Source: Pirellulales bacterium (GTDB taxonomy: Bacteria > Planctomycetota > Planctomycetia > Pirellulales > JALHPA01). From it: 64,000 bases of DNA. The stretch lies in the NCBI GenBank assembly GCA_040901795.1, contig JBBDYH010000123.1, positions 8,569 to 72,568 of the forward strand, in the 5' to 3' direction. The translations under genes and the position numbers were made by a program. The notes below the pieces were generated by a model that was given only the letters and a program-made list of their open reading frames with translations, had not been told where the DNA came from and searched no databases. The stretch's first letter is position 1. Every line of letters starts with the position of its first letter. Shown one piece after another: positions 36,572 through 45,036 of this stretch.

Positions 36572-38026
36572 CTACCGCATGGTATTCACGATCAGCGTGC
36601 CATTGTCGGCGACATTAAACAGCGGCCGATAGCGGCTGCCTCCCGCCTGCATCGCGCCTTGCGGACAGACGTACCAGACGAGGTTGATGCCGATGTTCCA
36701 TGCTTCGGGGAACGGACCGTCGGCGGCCGCGTCATCCTGTGGCGAAAGATAGTTGAACGCGGCGACGACATCCCAATCGCAGGCCAGCGGAACGCGCAGA
36801 TCGCCGCCGAAGATGCTGTCGCTCTCCTCGGTGAACCCAGCCCACAGACGCCCTTCGCCGCCGTTCATCAGCCGGCGGCGATAAAAGAAGGCGTGCATAT
36901 CGACGGCTTCATAACTTGAAATTCCGGTCGTCGAGTCGGCGCCCGGCACGTCGTCGCTGGCGCCGGTCGCAAACCAATACCCCAGCTCGTGGCCGCGGAA
37001 CAGGTAGCTCAGCTCGCCGCGGATTTGTCCCACCTCGAAGTCCTCAGCAAACTCGTCGAAGAGATGATCGTAAACCACGCCCCACTGCCAACCGCGATCG
37101 CACATCTGCCGGCGGAAGAAGCCCGTCGTCAGAAAGTACTGCGAGCGGTCCTCGGTGAAGAACGCGGTCGGATGGAAATCGCTCTGCATCGCCTGAAAAC
37201 CGGCCTGAAAGCCAATCCCCGCCGCGTTCCAGAACGGGCTCGACCAGTTCACGCCCTCCTGAAATCCGAAGTTGCCGTTTTGCCCGTCGTCCACCGCGCT
37301 TTTGAAGCCGTGGACGCCGGCGAAGAGTGTGAGGTCCTTGCCGGGATACCAGTCGCTGCACGTGTTGCAGGGGTCACAGACATTGCCATCCGGTCCGCAG
37401 TCAGCGCAATCGCCACTCGCGCAGCCGCCGCCGGCGACCATTCGCCCTTCGCCATACAGTCCGGGATGACTTTGCATCGCGCCGAAGGGCAGAGTTTCGG
37501 CGCCCGGCATGGGCTCGGCCTGGCCAGGCATCGGTAGATCTTCCGGTGCCGCAGGCGGCATCGCGGGTGTGCCTTCGGTCGCGTGAGAATCCTGATAGGC
37601 TGCACGATTAATCGTTGCGCGACGGCGGTCGCGCCGCAGTTCCATCGCTGGCTCGAAGTATTCGCTTTCCGCGGCAGCGTCAATCTCAGGTTGCAACGTA
37701 GTTCGCGGCTCAGGGGCTGAGGCTCGACGGTATTTTGCGTTGGCGGCCGACCTGGCTGTCGGAAGTTTTGGCGGCGGCTCGAAGATCGCGCGCTGATACG
37801 CGGGGACCTGGCTCTCGTGATCGATGCTTCCCGCCCGCGGTGCGCTTGGCGCGTTGGGCCGAACTTTCGTCTCGGGATCGAGGCTTGCCTGCCGGATACC
37901 GCTTCGCGGGCGATACTCTTGGGCGACGCCGCGCCCCGCGGCTGCCAGGACGGCCAGCAAGGTGCTGACCTGAGCAAATAGGGCGAGTGAAACGATGCCG
38001 CGCCGTGTCATAACGTAGTTCCCCAT
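36572..38026 (-). CDS. Secreted protein, possible outer-membrane beta-barrel (planctomycete-specific family, tentative)
   Basis: Signal peptide, Pro-rich linker, Cys cluster CASGDCADCGPDGNVCDPCNTC, and an aromatic-rich alternating C-terminal ~270 aa. Confidence 0.5.
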   Translation of the reverse strand: MGNYVMTRRGIVSLALFAQVSTLLAVLAAAGRGVAQEYRPRSGIRQASLDPETKVRPNAPSAPRAGSIDHESQVPAYQRAIFEPPPKLPTARSAANAKYRRASAPEPRTTLQPEIDAAAESEYFEPAMELRRDRRRATINRAAYQDSHATEGTPAMPPAAPEDLPMPGQAEPMPGAETLPFGAMQSHPGLYGEGRMVAGGGCASGDCADCGPDGNVCDPCNTCSDWYPGKDLTLFAGVHGFKSAVDDGQNGNFGFQEGVNWSSPFWNAAGIGFQAGFQAMQSDFHPTAFFTEDRSQYFLTTGFFRRQMCDRGWQWGVVYDHLFDEFAEDFEVGQIRGELSYLFRGHELGYWFATGASDDVPGADSTTGISSYEAVDMHAFFYRRRLMNGGEGRLWAGFTEESDSIFGGDLRVPLACDWDVVAAFNYLSPQDDAAADGPFPEAWNIGINLVWYVCPQGAMQAGGSRYRPLFNVADNGTLIVNTMR

Positions 38027-38196
38027 ACCGTTGCCAAGCGCAAACGATCGCGCAACGAGGGCGATCGAGCCGCGACAAAGTTATCGGAGCTAACGCAGGC
38101 GGAACTTTCGTTAAAGTTTGACTTATCAGAAAGGGCTTGCCAGATTCTGTAAGGTGCCTATTTAAAGTCGCCGACTTTGACAAGATCGTCGCCGTC

Positions 38197-38276
38197 GTCT
38201 TGAGTGAAGCGAAGGATCTCCGTCAGCGCCAAATGCTTCGTTCAGTCGTAGGGCGGGCCGAGTCCGCGAGGCCCGC
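38197..38276. repeat. Intergenic repeat ending in a GTAG-headed hairpin
   Basis: GTGAAGCGAAGGATCTC... then GTAG (38248-38251) + GCGGGCC-N10-GGCCCGC. Related copy at 47905-47926. Confidence 0.7.
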
Positions 38277-38402
38277 GCTCTGCGCTCAAATCAAGCCACT
38301 GCGCCCGGCGATTTCTGCTAGGCGTGCCACGATCGGGATAGCTATGATGGACGTTGTTCAATAACGAACGTTGTTTGAAAAGGACAAGTCGTTGCACTTC
38401 CG

Positions 38403-39419
38403 ATGAACAAGATCTCCGGACAGTCTCTCTTTTTGCTGACCGTTGTCGCCGCCAGCTCGCTGGTAATCGGGTACCTCATCGCCACAGGCGACAATGGCTG
38501 GGTTGTGAGAGCTGTCCAGCCGACGGCTGGGACGCCCTCCGCCAAAGCCTCCTCAGGAAAGCATCGCTTGAACGACATCCCCTTTGACGGCGCGCAGGCC
38601 TACGAGTACCTCCAGCAGCTTTGCGCGATTGGGCCCCGGTACAGCGGCTCGACCGGGATGGCACGGCAGCAAAAACTGCTGCTGGGGCACTTTGAGAAGC
38701 TCGGCGGCAAGGTCGCCATGCAGGAATTCCGCGTCCGGCACCCGATGAGCGGCCGCCCCGTGGAAATGGCCAACCTGATCGTCGAATGGCATCCGGAGCG
38801 GAAGGAGCGCGTGCTCTTGTGTGCCCATTACGACACGCGGCCGTACCCGGACCAGGATCGCCGCAACCCTCGCGGACGGTTCATTGGTGCCAACGACGGG
38901 GCCAGCGGGGTAGCCGTGCTGATGGAAATGGGTAAGCATATGGCGGCGTTGAAGGGGCCAGTCGGGGTGGACTTTGTGCTGTTCGACGGCGAGGAGCTGG
39001 TCTATCGCGAGGGCGATCCGTATTTCTATGGCTCCGAACGGTTTGCGACGACGTATGCGGAGTCGCCCCCCGCGCACAAATACCGTTGGGGCGTGCTGCT
39101 CGACATGGTCGGGGACAAGGACTTGCAACTGCTCCAGGAATGGCACGGCGTGAGCTGGGCCGACACGCGACCCCTGGTTGGCGAGATCTGGAGCCTGGCC
39201 GCGAAACTCGGCGTGCGGGAGTTTCTGCCGCAGGTTGGAGACCGGGTGCTCGACGACCACATCAAGCTCCATGACATTGCCAAGATCCCGACCTGCGACA
39301 TCATCGATTTCGACTACCCAGCCTGGCACACCGAGCAGGACGTGCCTGCCAACTGTTCGCCGTTGTCGCTGGCCAAGGTCGGCTGGGTGGTGCACGAGTG
39401 GCTCAAGAGCCAGCGGTAA
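38403..39419 (+). CDS. M28-family peptidase / glutaminyl cyclase-like protein
   Basis: Motifs HYDTRPYPD, GANDGASGVAVLMEMG, VLFDGEE and LDDHIKLH. Confidence 0.8.
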   Translation: MNKISGQSLFLLTVVAASSLVIGYLIATGDNGWVVRAVQPTAGTPSAKASSGKHRLNDIPFDGAQAYEYLQQLCAIGPRYSGSTGMARQQKLLLGHFEKLGGKVAMQEFRVRHPMSGRPVEMANLIVEWHPERKERVLLCAHYDTRPYPDQDRRNPRGRFIGANDGASGVAVLMEMGKHMAALKGPVGVDFVLFDGEELVYREGDPYFYGSERFATTYAESPPAHKYRWGVLLDMVGDKDLQLLQEWHGVSWADTRPLVGEIWSLAAKLGVREFLPQVGDRVLDDHIKLHDIAKIPTCDIIDFDYPAWHTEQDVPANCSPLSLAKVGWVVHEWLKSQR

Positions 39420-39422
39420 AAG

Positions 39423-39543
39423 GTTGGAGTTCAGCCTTTAGGCTGCTGCCGGGCAAGCTGAAGCTTGACTCCAACGGGGCAAGCTAAAGCTTGAACTCCA
39501 ACTGGCCAAGCTAAAGCTTGAACTCCAGACGGCTAAAGCCTTC
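39423..39543. repeat. Array of four R23 units (one forward, three reverse) plus mini-palindrome GGCTAAAGCC
   Basis: Units at 39423-39445 (+), 39454-39475 (-), 39480-39502 (-) and 39507-39530 (-). Spacers of 4-8 nt. Confidence 0.9.
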
Positions 39544-39871
39544 TAAGCGCATGATTTTCCAGGGAAATCGGGCTAGCACAGTGACATTGTCCGAACAACT
39601 TATTAGAATTCGATGAGTGCTCGGTGAGGGAGCGACGAGAAGCGGGCGATCGGAATAGAGGTCCCAACCTACTCGCGGCGTGCAAGTGACATACGTCGTA
39701 GGCACTTGCGCCATCTTGCTTCTCGCGCGCGCCTCTCGTGGACCGCGCTAGCGCGAGGGGTACATCCGCGCCACGGCAGTCAAGCTCGCCATCGTGCAGT
39801 TTCGGCGCCATGGCGTTCCCGATCGCGGCGATGGACTACGTGGAACGTTGTCTGGAGGAAGCGACGCGGAA

Positions 39872-40630
39872 ATGACCTACGTTCATCGGCTCCAAACCAA
39901 TCGGTTTGAGTTCAAGTACATGATCGACGAGGCGCGCGCGCGAGCGATCCGCGATTACGTGCGGCCATTTCTGGTCCACGATGAAAACGCCGATCCGACG
40001 CTCGGTTATTCGTACGCCATTCACAGCATCTATCTGGACAGCGACTCATATTCCTTGGCGCAGGCGACGTTGCAAGGCTTAAAGAACCGTTTCAAGCTCC
40101 GCATGCGCTTTTACGACGACAAGCCCGACAGCCCTGTCTTTTGCGAGATCAAGCGGCGCTTGAACGACGTCATCTGCAAAGAGCGCGTGGCCATTCACCG
40201 GCAAAGCGTACAACTGCTGCTGCGGCGTCGCTTTCCGGAGCGAGCGGACCTGGTCCGCTACACCCCGAAGGCCTTCGATTCGCTGCGGCATTTTTGCTCG
40301 CTGCGCAATGCGATCCAGGCCGATCGGGGGATTCTGGTTTCGTACCTCCGCGAAGCCTATGTGACGCCGCACGACGATTCGGTGCGGCTGACCTTCGACC
40401 GCAATGTCGAGTCGGGGCGGTTCGACGAACAACTGCGCGTCAATCGCCACGACGAACGGTTCCAGCCACGGCTACAGGGATTGATCCTGGAGTTGAAGTT
40501 TACCGACCGATTTCCATTCTGGATGCACGATCTGGTCCATGAGTTCAACCTGCAGCGCAGCCCGATGGCCAAGTACGTGGCCTGCGCCGTGTCGCTCGAC
40601 TCGCTCACGCGGGGGCTTTTGGCCGGGTAA
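39872..40630 (+). CDS. VTC-domain (polyphosphate-polymerase-like, CYTH fold) protein
   Basis: NRFEFKYMI start motif, SIYLDSD, FKLRMRFY and LELKFTD. ATG 39872 is preferred over the track start 39794. Confidence 0.8.
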   Translation: MTYVHRLQTNRFEFKYMIDEARARAIRDYVRPFLVHDENADPTLGYSYAIHSIYLDSDSYSLAQATLQGLKNRFKLRMRFYDDKPDSPVFCEIKRRLNDVICKERVAIHRQSVQLLLRRRFPERADLVRYTPKAFDSLRHFCSLRNAIQADRGILVSYLREAYVTPHDDSVRLTFDRNVESGRFDEQLRVNRHDERFQPRLQGLILELKFTDRFPFWMHDLVHEFNLQRSPMAKYVACAVSLDSLTRGLLAG

Positions 40631-40893
40631 CGCTTTGTCGTTTTCGCTTCCGCCAAAGAACGTCCTTTCGCGGAAGCGAAAGGCGACATTTTGATGCACG
40701 ACCGCCTAATTTGGCGGCCGGGAAACCCGCGGCTCGGGGGGCCGCCGCCACGTGCCGGGTTTAACAGCCAGAAAGTGCAGGGAATAACCGCAGAGAACAG
40801 ATTAGAATGGGTATTCTGGGATGTGCCGACCCGCTCTGGGCGGCGGCCGCCTGTTTTGGCTTAGGCCTTGGTCTATTTCCGTCGGCGACGACC

Positions 40894-41580
40894 ATGAACA
40901 ACTGGTTTGAAACCATCATGAGCGGCGACGCCGGCTCGTCGGCGCTCGCGCCGGAAGCCTTTCTGCTGTCGCTGCTGTTGGCGTTCTGCCTGGGGCACGT
41001 CATCGGCTGGACCTACATGATCACGCACGTCGGGTTGTCGTACTCGCAGATGTTTGTCACTTCGCTGGTGATCGTCCCCACGTTGGTGGCACTGACCATG
41101 ACTTTGATGTCGGGAGACATCGTGATTGCGTTTGGGCTGTTGGCGGTATTCGCCATCGTGCGGTTCCGCAACGTGCTCAAAGATACCCGCGATACGACGT
41201 TTATTATGTGGGCCATTCTGGCGGGCATGGCCGCCGGCACGATGCGCTACAGTCTCGCGGTGCTGAGCTGTTTTTGCGTCGCGGTAATGTTTCTCTATTT
41301 ATGGATGACTTCGTTTGGCGGGAGACATCGCTACGACGTGGTGGTTTCGATGCAGACGGTAGGCTCGGCGATGCCGGCGCTGACACCGATCTTGCGACGC
41401 CACAGTTTGAAAATCCAAGTGGCGGCGCAACGCGATCTGGCGGATCAAATGGTCGATCTGTCGTATCGCTTGCTATTGCGCGATCCGCGGCGGAGTCAGG
41501 ACTTGCTGAGCGAGCTGCAACGGACTGAGGGAGTTTCGCAAGTATCGCTGTATCATCGAGCCGACGAGGGGGAGGTGTAG
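40894..41580 (+). CDS. DUF4956-family membrane protein
   Basis: TM helices plus the conserved LAVFAIVRFRNVLKDTRDTTFIMWAILAGMAAG. Usual genomic partner of bacterial VTC-domain genes. Alternative start at 40807. Confidence 0.75.
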   Translation: MNNWFETIMSGDAGSSALAPEAFLLSLLLAFCLGHVIGWTYMITHVGLSYSQMFVTSLVIVPTLVALTMTLMSGDIVIAFGLLAVFAIVRFRNVLKDTRDTTFIMWAILAGMAAGTMRYSLAVLSCFCVAVMFLYLWMTSFGGRHRYDVVVSMQTVGSAMPALTPILRRHSLKIQVAAQRDLADQMVDLSYRLLLRDPRRSQDLLSELQRTEGVSQVSLYHRADEGEV

Positions 41581-41583
41581 CCG

Positions 41584-42813
41584 GTGCGCGACTTGCCGAA
41601 GATCCCGGTTCCCTGGTCGCAGCGCTGGCGCACGGTGCGCGTGCGGACTCTGCCGGTACTGGTGTTTGCGCTGGCGGTCGGCGGCACGGCGTATCTTTGG
41701 AACCGCCAGCTTGTGATGACGCAAGCGGTGGGCGAGGTGTATGGCCGGCGGATCGATCTGGCGGTGCAGTACGACGGCGTCTTGCTCGATTCGCCCTACC
41801 GCAGTTGGAAGTTGTACGACCGCGTGAATGCCGGCGACTTGCTGGCGCAGCTCGATGAACGTCCCACGCTGGCCCTGATCGATACGGTGCGGCAAGAGTT
41901 GAAGCAGGCCCGCGGCGAACTGGCCGCGGCCGAAGAGGAGTTTCGCACGACGCAGGACGACCGCGAGTTCGAGCGGCTTCGAGAGGCGCGCGAGCTGGCG
42001 ATCGATATTGAAAACCGGCGGCTGGAAATCGCCGACCGCAAGACCTTATTGGCCCAGGCTCGCATGGAGCTCGCGCGTCAGCAGCCGCGCCTGGAGGTGG
42101 TCGACCGATTGATGGCCAAAGATACGCGGCTGATGAACGAGCTTGATACGCTGGAGGTTCGACGCCTTCGCGATGTCGCCCAAGCTACTATTGAGGGACA
42201 CGAACAGTACATCGCCGCGGCTGAAGCGCTGCTCGCATCCGCCGTGGCCCGACAGAACCGGCAGACGACGGCAGTCAAAGCCGACCTCGATCGCGTGTTG
42301 AATCCGCTCCGCGCGGCTCTCGAATATCAGAGTGCTCGCATACGCGAATTGGAAGTGATCCTGCCGGCGCTGGAGATTCGCAGTCCGATCGCAGGGTATA
42401 TTGTCCCCACCACGCTCTCCAGCAACGCCCCGGTTCAGCCGATTGCGGCCATGCCCGGCCAGCAAGTCCGCGCCGGAACGGTGCTGTTTACCGTCGCCGC
42501 CGAAGAGCCAGAGTATATCGTCAGCTACGTGCGGCCGACGCAGCGGCTACAGCCGGAAGTGGGTATGACCGTAGCGGTTCGCCCGCGCCACGGCAATCAG
42601 ATTGCCCACGCGACGATCGATCGCGTCGGCCCGCAGGTGGAGCTTGTGCCGTCGCACCAGGTCCGCGACCAGCGTGTTACGGAATGGGGCTTGCCCGTAC
42701 GAATTCAGGTGCCCCGGGTGCTGCAGCTTCGGCCGGGTGAGCTGGTGGATTTGAAGTTCTTGCCCACTGGACAGTTGCCGCCGCCGGATGGTCAGGTGGC
42801 GACGCGGGGGTGA
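41584..42813 (+). CDS. HlyD-family periplasmic adaptor / membrane fusion protein
   Basis: GTG 3 nt after the DUF4956 stop. N-terminal TM (LPVLVFALAVGGTAYLW), long coiled coil, and RSPIAGYIVP and VRAGTVLFTV barrel motifs. Confidence 0.7.
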   Translation: MRDLPKIPVPWSQRWRTVRVRTLPVLVFALAVGGTAYLWNRQLVMTQAVGEVYGRRIDLAVQYDGVLLDSPYRSWKLYDRVNAGDLLAQLDERPTLALIDTVRQELKQARGELAAAEEEFRTTQDDREFERLREARELAIDIENRRLEIADRKTLLAQARMELARQQPRLEVVDRLMAKDTRLMNELDTLEVRRLRDVAQATIEGHEQYIAAAEALLASAVARQNRQTTAVKADLDRVLNPLRAALEYQSARIRELEVILPALEIRSPIAGYIVPTTLSSNAPVQPIAAMPGQQVRAGTVLFTVAAEEPEYIVSYVRPTQRLQPEVGMTVAVRPRHGNQIAHATIDRVGPQVELVPSHQVRDQRVTEWGLPVRIQVPRVLQLRPGELVDLKFLPTGQLPPPDGQVATRG

Positions 42814-42818
42814 GAGGC

Positions 42819-42859
42819 GAGACAAGGAGACTGGGAGACAAGGAGACTGGGAGACAAGG
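42819..42859 (+). repeat. Tandem 16-mer GAGACAAGGAGACTGG x2.5
   Basis: Units at 42819-42834, 42835-42850 and partial 42851-42859. Purine-rich with reiterated AAGGAG, between the HlyD stop and the ATPase start. Confidence 0.85.
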
Positions 42860-42868
42860 TGGCAGGAG

Positions 42869-43618
42869 ATGATCGAGGTCAAGGACCTTCATAAGCGTCA
42901 TGGGGCGCTCGAAGTGCTGCGCGGCGTGACGCTGTCGGTGGCGGAAGGCGAAGTGGCGGTGATCGTCGGTCCTTCTGGCGGCGGCAAGAGCACGTTTCTG
43001 CGCTGCCTCAACGCGCTGGAGCCATTCGATCAGGGAGAGCTTAAGGTCGGCGAGCACCGGCTCGAGCCGGGACCATACCAGCGCGGCGCGCAGCAGAAGC
43101 TGCGTCACGTCCGGCGGATGGTCGGCTTTGTCTTTCAGCAGTTCAATCTCTTTCCGCATCTCTCAGTGCTCGGCAATGTGACCGAAGCGCCGGTCCAGGT
43201 ACTGGGGTTGTCGCGCGATGCCGCCGTGGACCGCGCCGCGCGACTGCTTGACCGCGTTGGCCTGGCGGACAAGCTGCACGAACGGCCGGAGCGGCTCTCG
43301 GGCGGGCAGCAGCAGCGGGTGGCGATCGCGCGGGCGCTGGCGATGGAGCCGCGCGTGATGCTCTTTGATGAGCCGACCAGCGCGCTGGATCCGCGGATGA
43401 CGGCAGAAGTGCTCGCCGTGCTGAGCGACCTGGCGCAAGCGGGACAGACCATGGTGGTCGTCACGCACGCGATGAGCTTCGCGCGCCGCGCAGCAACGAC
43501 GGTGCACGTGTTCGAGCATGGCCGTGTGCTCGAAAGCGGCCCGCCGGCGCAAATCTTCGAAAACCCGCAACAGCCGGCCACGGCGGCATTCTTGCGCGAG
43601 CGGGATGGAACAGCGTAG
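42869..43618 (+). CDS. ABC transporter ATP-binding protein, polar-amino-acid (GlnQ/ArtP) type, with no adjacent permease or binding protein
   Basis: Walker A GPSGGGKST, LSGGQQQRVAIARALAMEPRVMLFDEPTSALDP, and H-loop VVVTHAM. Confidence 0.9.
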   Translation: MIEVKDLHKRHGALEVLRGVTLSVAEGEVAVIVGPSGGGKSTFLRCLNALEPFDQGELKVGEHRLEPGPYQRGAQQKLRHVRRMVGFVFQQFNLFPHLSVLGNVTEAPVQVLGLSRDAAVDRAARLLDRVGLADKLHERPERLSGGQQQRVAIARALAMEPRVMLFDEPTSALDPRMTAEVLAVLSDLAQAGQTMVVVTHAMSFARRAATTVHVFEHGRVLESGPPAQIFENPQQPATAAFLRERDGTA

Positions 43619-43737
43619 GGAACGGCCTCGTGCCGTGTAGACTTCTGTAGGGAACGGCCTCTGTGCCGTTCCGTTGGGCGAGTAGATCTAGCTACGAGTA
43701 TTCGCGCTTCCGGAACGCCACGGAGGGCGTTCCCTAC
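43615..43737. repeat. Cluster of GTAG-headed GGAACGSC hairpins (REP/BIME-like), two forward and one reverse
   Basis: GTAG at 43615, 43637 and 43647. GGAACGGC-CTCTGT-GCCGTTCC (43651-43672). Reverse copy GGAACGCC-ACGGAG-GGCGTTCC-CTAC (43712-43737). Confidence 0.85.
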
Positions 43738-43754
43738 AGAACGTTGACCCGGTG

Positions 43755-44843
43755 TCAGACTGCTGCCGCTGCCGGCTCCAACAATCGGCTCCAGCGGCGC
43801 TCGGCGCGGTTCTTCCACGCGCCCTTGTGATAGGCGTAGCCGGCGATCAGCGGCAGGGCGAGCGTCGCCTCGCTATAGACCATCTGCTCATAGGTGGTGT
43901 CAACCTTGCCCCAACTGCTGGCCTCCTTAAGCGTGCTACTGGAGAGAGCGCCATCGCGGACATCGGCCACCGTCACCTGCACCGCATACTGGTGCATGGG
44001 GACCTCCTCCTCCAGAATGTCGGCCGCCACGACGATGTCCTGCGTGAAGTTCTTCGGCACGCCGCCGCCGAGCATAAAGATCCCAGTGGTCGGGTTTTTG
44101 ATCTTGAGCTGCGTGAGCTCGTAAAAGTCCTTGACGCTATCGATCGAGACCTTCGGCTGATCGCCGCGGGCGTGCTGATGTGCGACCAGACCAAATCCGG
44201 CCGAGCAGTCGCTGAAAGCGGGGCAGAAGATCGGCACCTCCTGCTCGTACGCGGCCAGCACCAACGAGTCCTTCGTCTTGCCGTGCCTCGCCAGGTAGGC
44301 TCCCATCTCGCGGATGAACTCGCGCGAGGAATGCGGCCGCGGCTCCAGCTCATCCGCGATGATCCGCGTCGTGTCGTCGCAGATCCGCAGCTCGTCCTCG
44401 TCGATGAAGGTGTCGTAGATGCGGTCGATGTGCAGCTCGCGGAGCAGGTTGTCGTCCATGCCGGCCTTGAACCGCTCGTCGGCGACGTAGTGGCGGAACC
44501 CGAGGCCCTCAAAAAAGTCCTGATCGACGATGTTCGCGCCGGTGCTCACCACGGCGTCGACCATGCGATTCCTGATCATGTCGACGAAGATTTGCTTCAG
44601 ACCCGCGCTGACCAGTGAACCGGCAAGGCAGAGGATCACGCCGCACTGTTCGTCGCGCAGCATGCGGTCGTAGATCTCCGCCGCGCGGTACAGATCGCGG
44701 GCCGAATAGGCCATGTGCTGCATGGCGTCGACGAGCGGCACCACGTCGTGCTGTTTGATGTCGACGTGTTCGATGGTCCGCGACAGCAAGTCCGACTTGC
44801 TCAATGGTTTGACTGGGCTCGATGTTTTGGTTGGGCTCGTCAT
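43755..44843 (-). CDS. Deoxyhypusine synthase family protein (DHS / homospermidine synthase-like)
   Basis: GGGVPKNF, and SSWGKV with the catalytic-lysine context. 362 aa. Confidence 0.9.
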   Translation of the reverse strand: MTSPTKTSSPVKPLSKSDLLSRTIEHVDIKQHDVVPLVDAMQHMAYSARDLYRAAEIYDRMLRDEQCGVILCLAGSLVSAGLKQIFVDMIRNRMVDAVVSTGANIVDQDFFEGLGFRHYVADERFKAGMDDNLLRELHIDRIYDTFIDEDELRICDDTTRIIADELEPRPHSSREFIREMGAYLARHGKTKDSLVLAAYEQEVPIFCPAFSDCSAGFGLVAHQHARGDQPKVSIDSVKDFYELTQLKIKNPTTGIFMLGGGVPKNFTQDIVVAADILEEEVPMHQYAVQVTVADVRDGALSSSTLKEASSWGKVDTTYEQMVYSEATLALPLIAGYAYHKGAWKNRAERRWSRLLEPAAAAV

Positions 44844-44962
44844 GGCCAGGGCCTCCTCGAAAAATTCCCAAAGCGGACAATTGTATCACAACCGACGCGG
44901 GAGTTAAGTACGCGGCCCCCGCGAAATGGTTCGCTCGCCGAGTGTGAGATATACTTGGAGCG

Positions 44963-45016
44963 GTAGCTGAATTCGCCCGAATTCAGGCTTTCCCGAACTC
45001 CGGCGAATTCGGCTAC
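44963..45016. repeat. 54-nt palindromic element with GTAG/CTAC ends
   Basis: GTAGCTGAATTCGCC...GGCGAATTCGGCTAC. A second, inverted copy lies at 52946-52998. Confidence 0.85.
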
Positions 45017-45036
45017 CAACTTTGAATAGGAACGTC

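Noticed and set aside
39454-39530. Three direct 23-nt repeats considered as a possible CRISPR array
   Set aside because: The spacers are only 4-5 nt, the repeat is short, the same unit is scattered singly across the window on both strands, and there are no cas genes.
43752-44618. 288-aa ORF antisense to the deoxyhypusine synthase homologue
   Set aside because: No motifs. The opposite strand has diagnostic DHS motifs.
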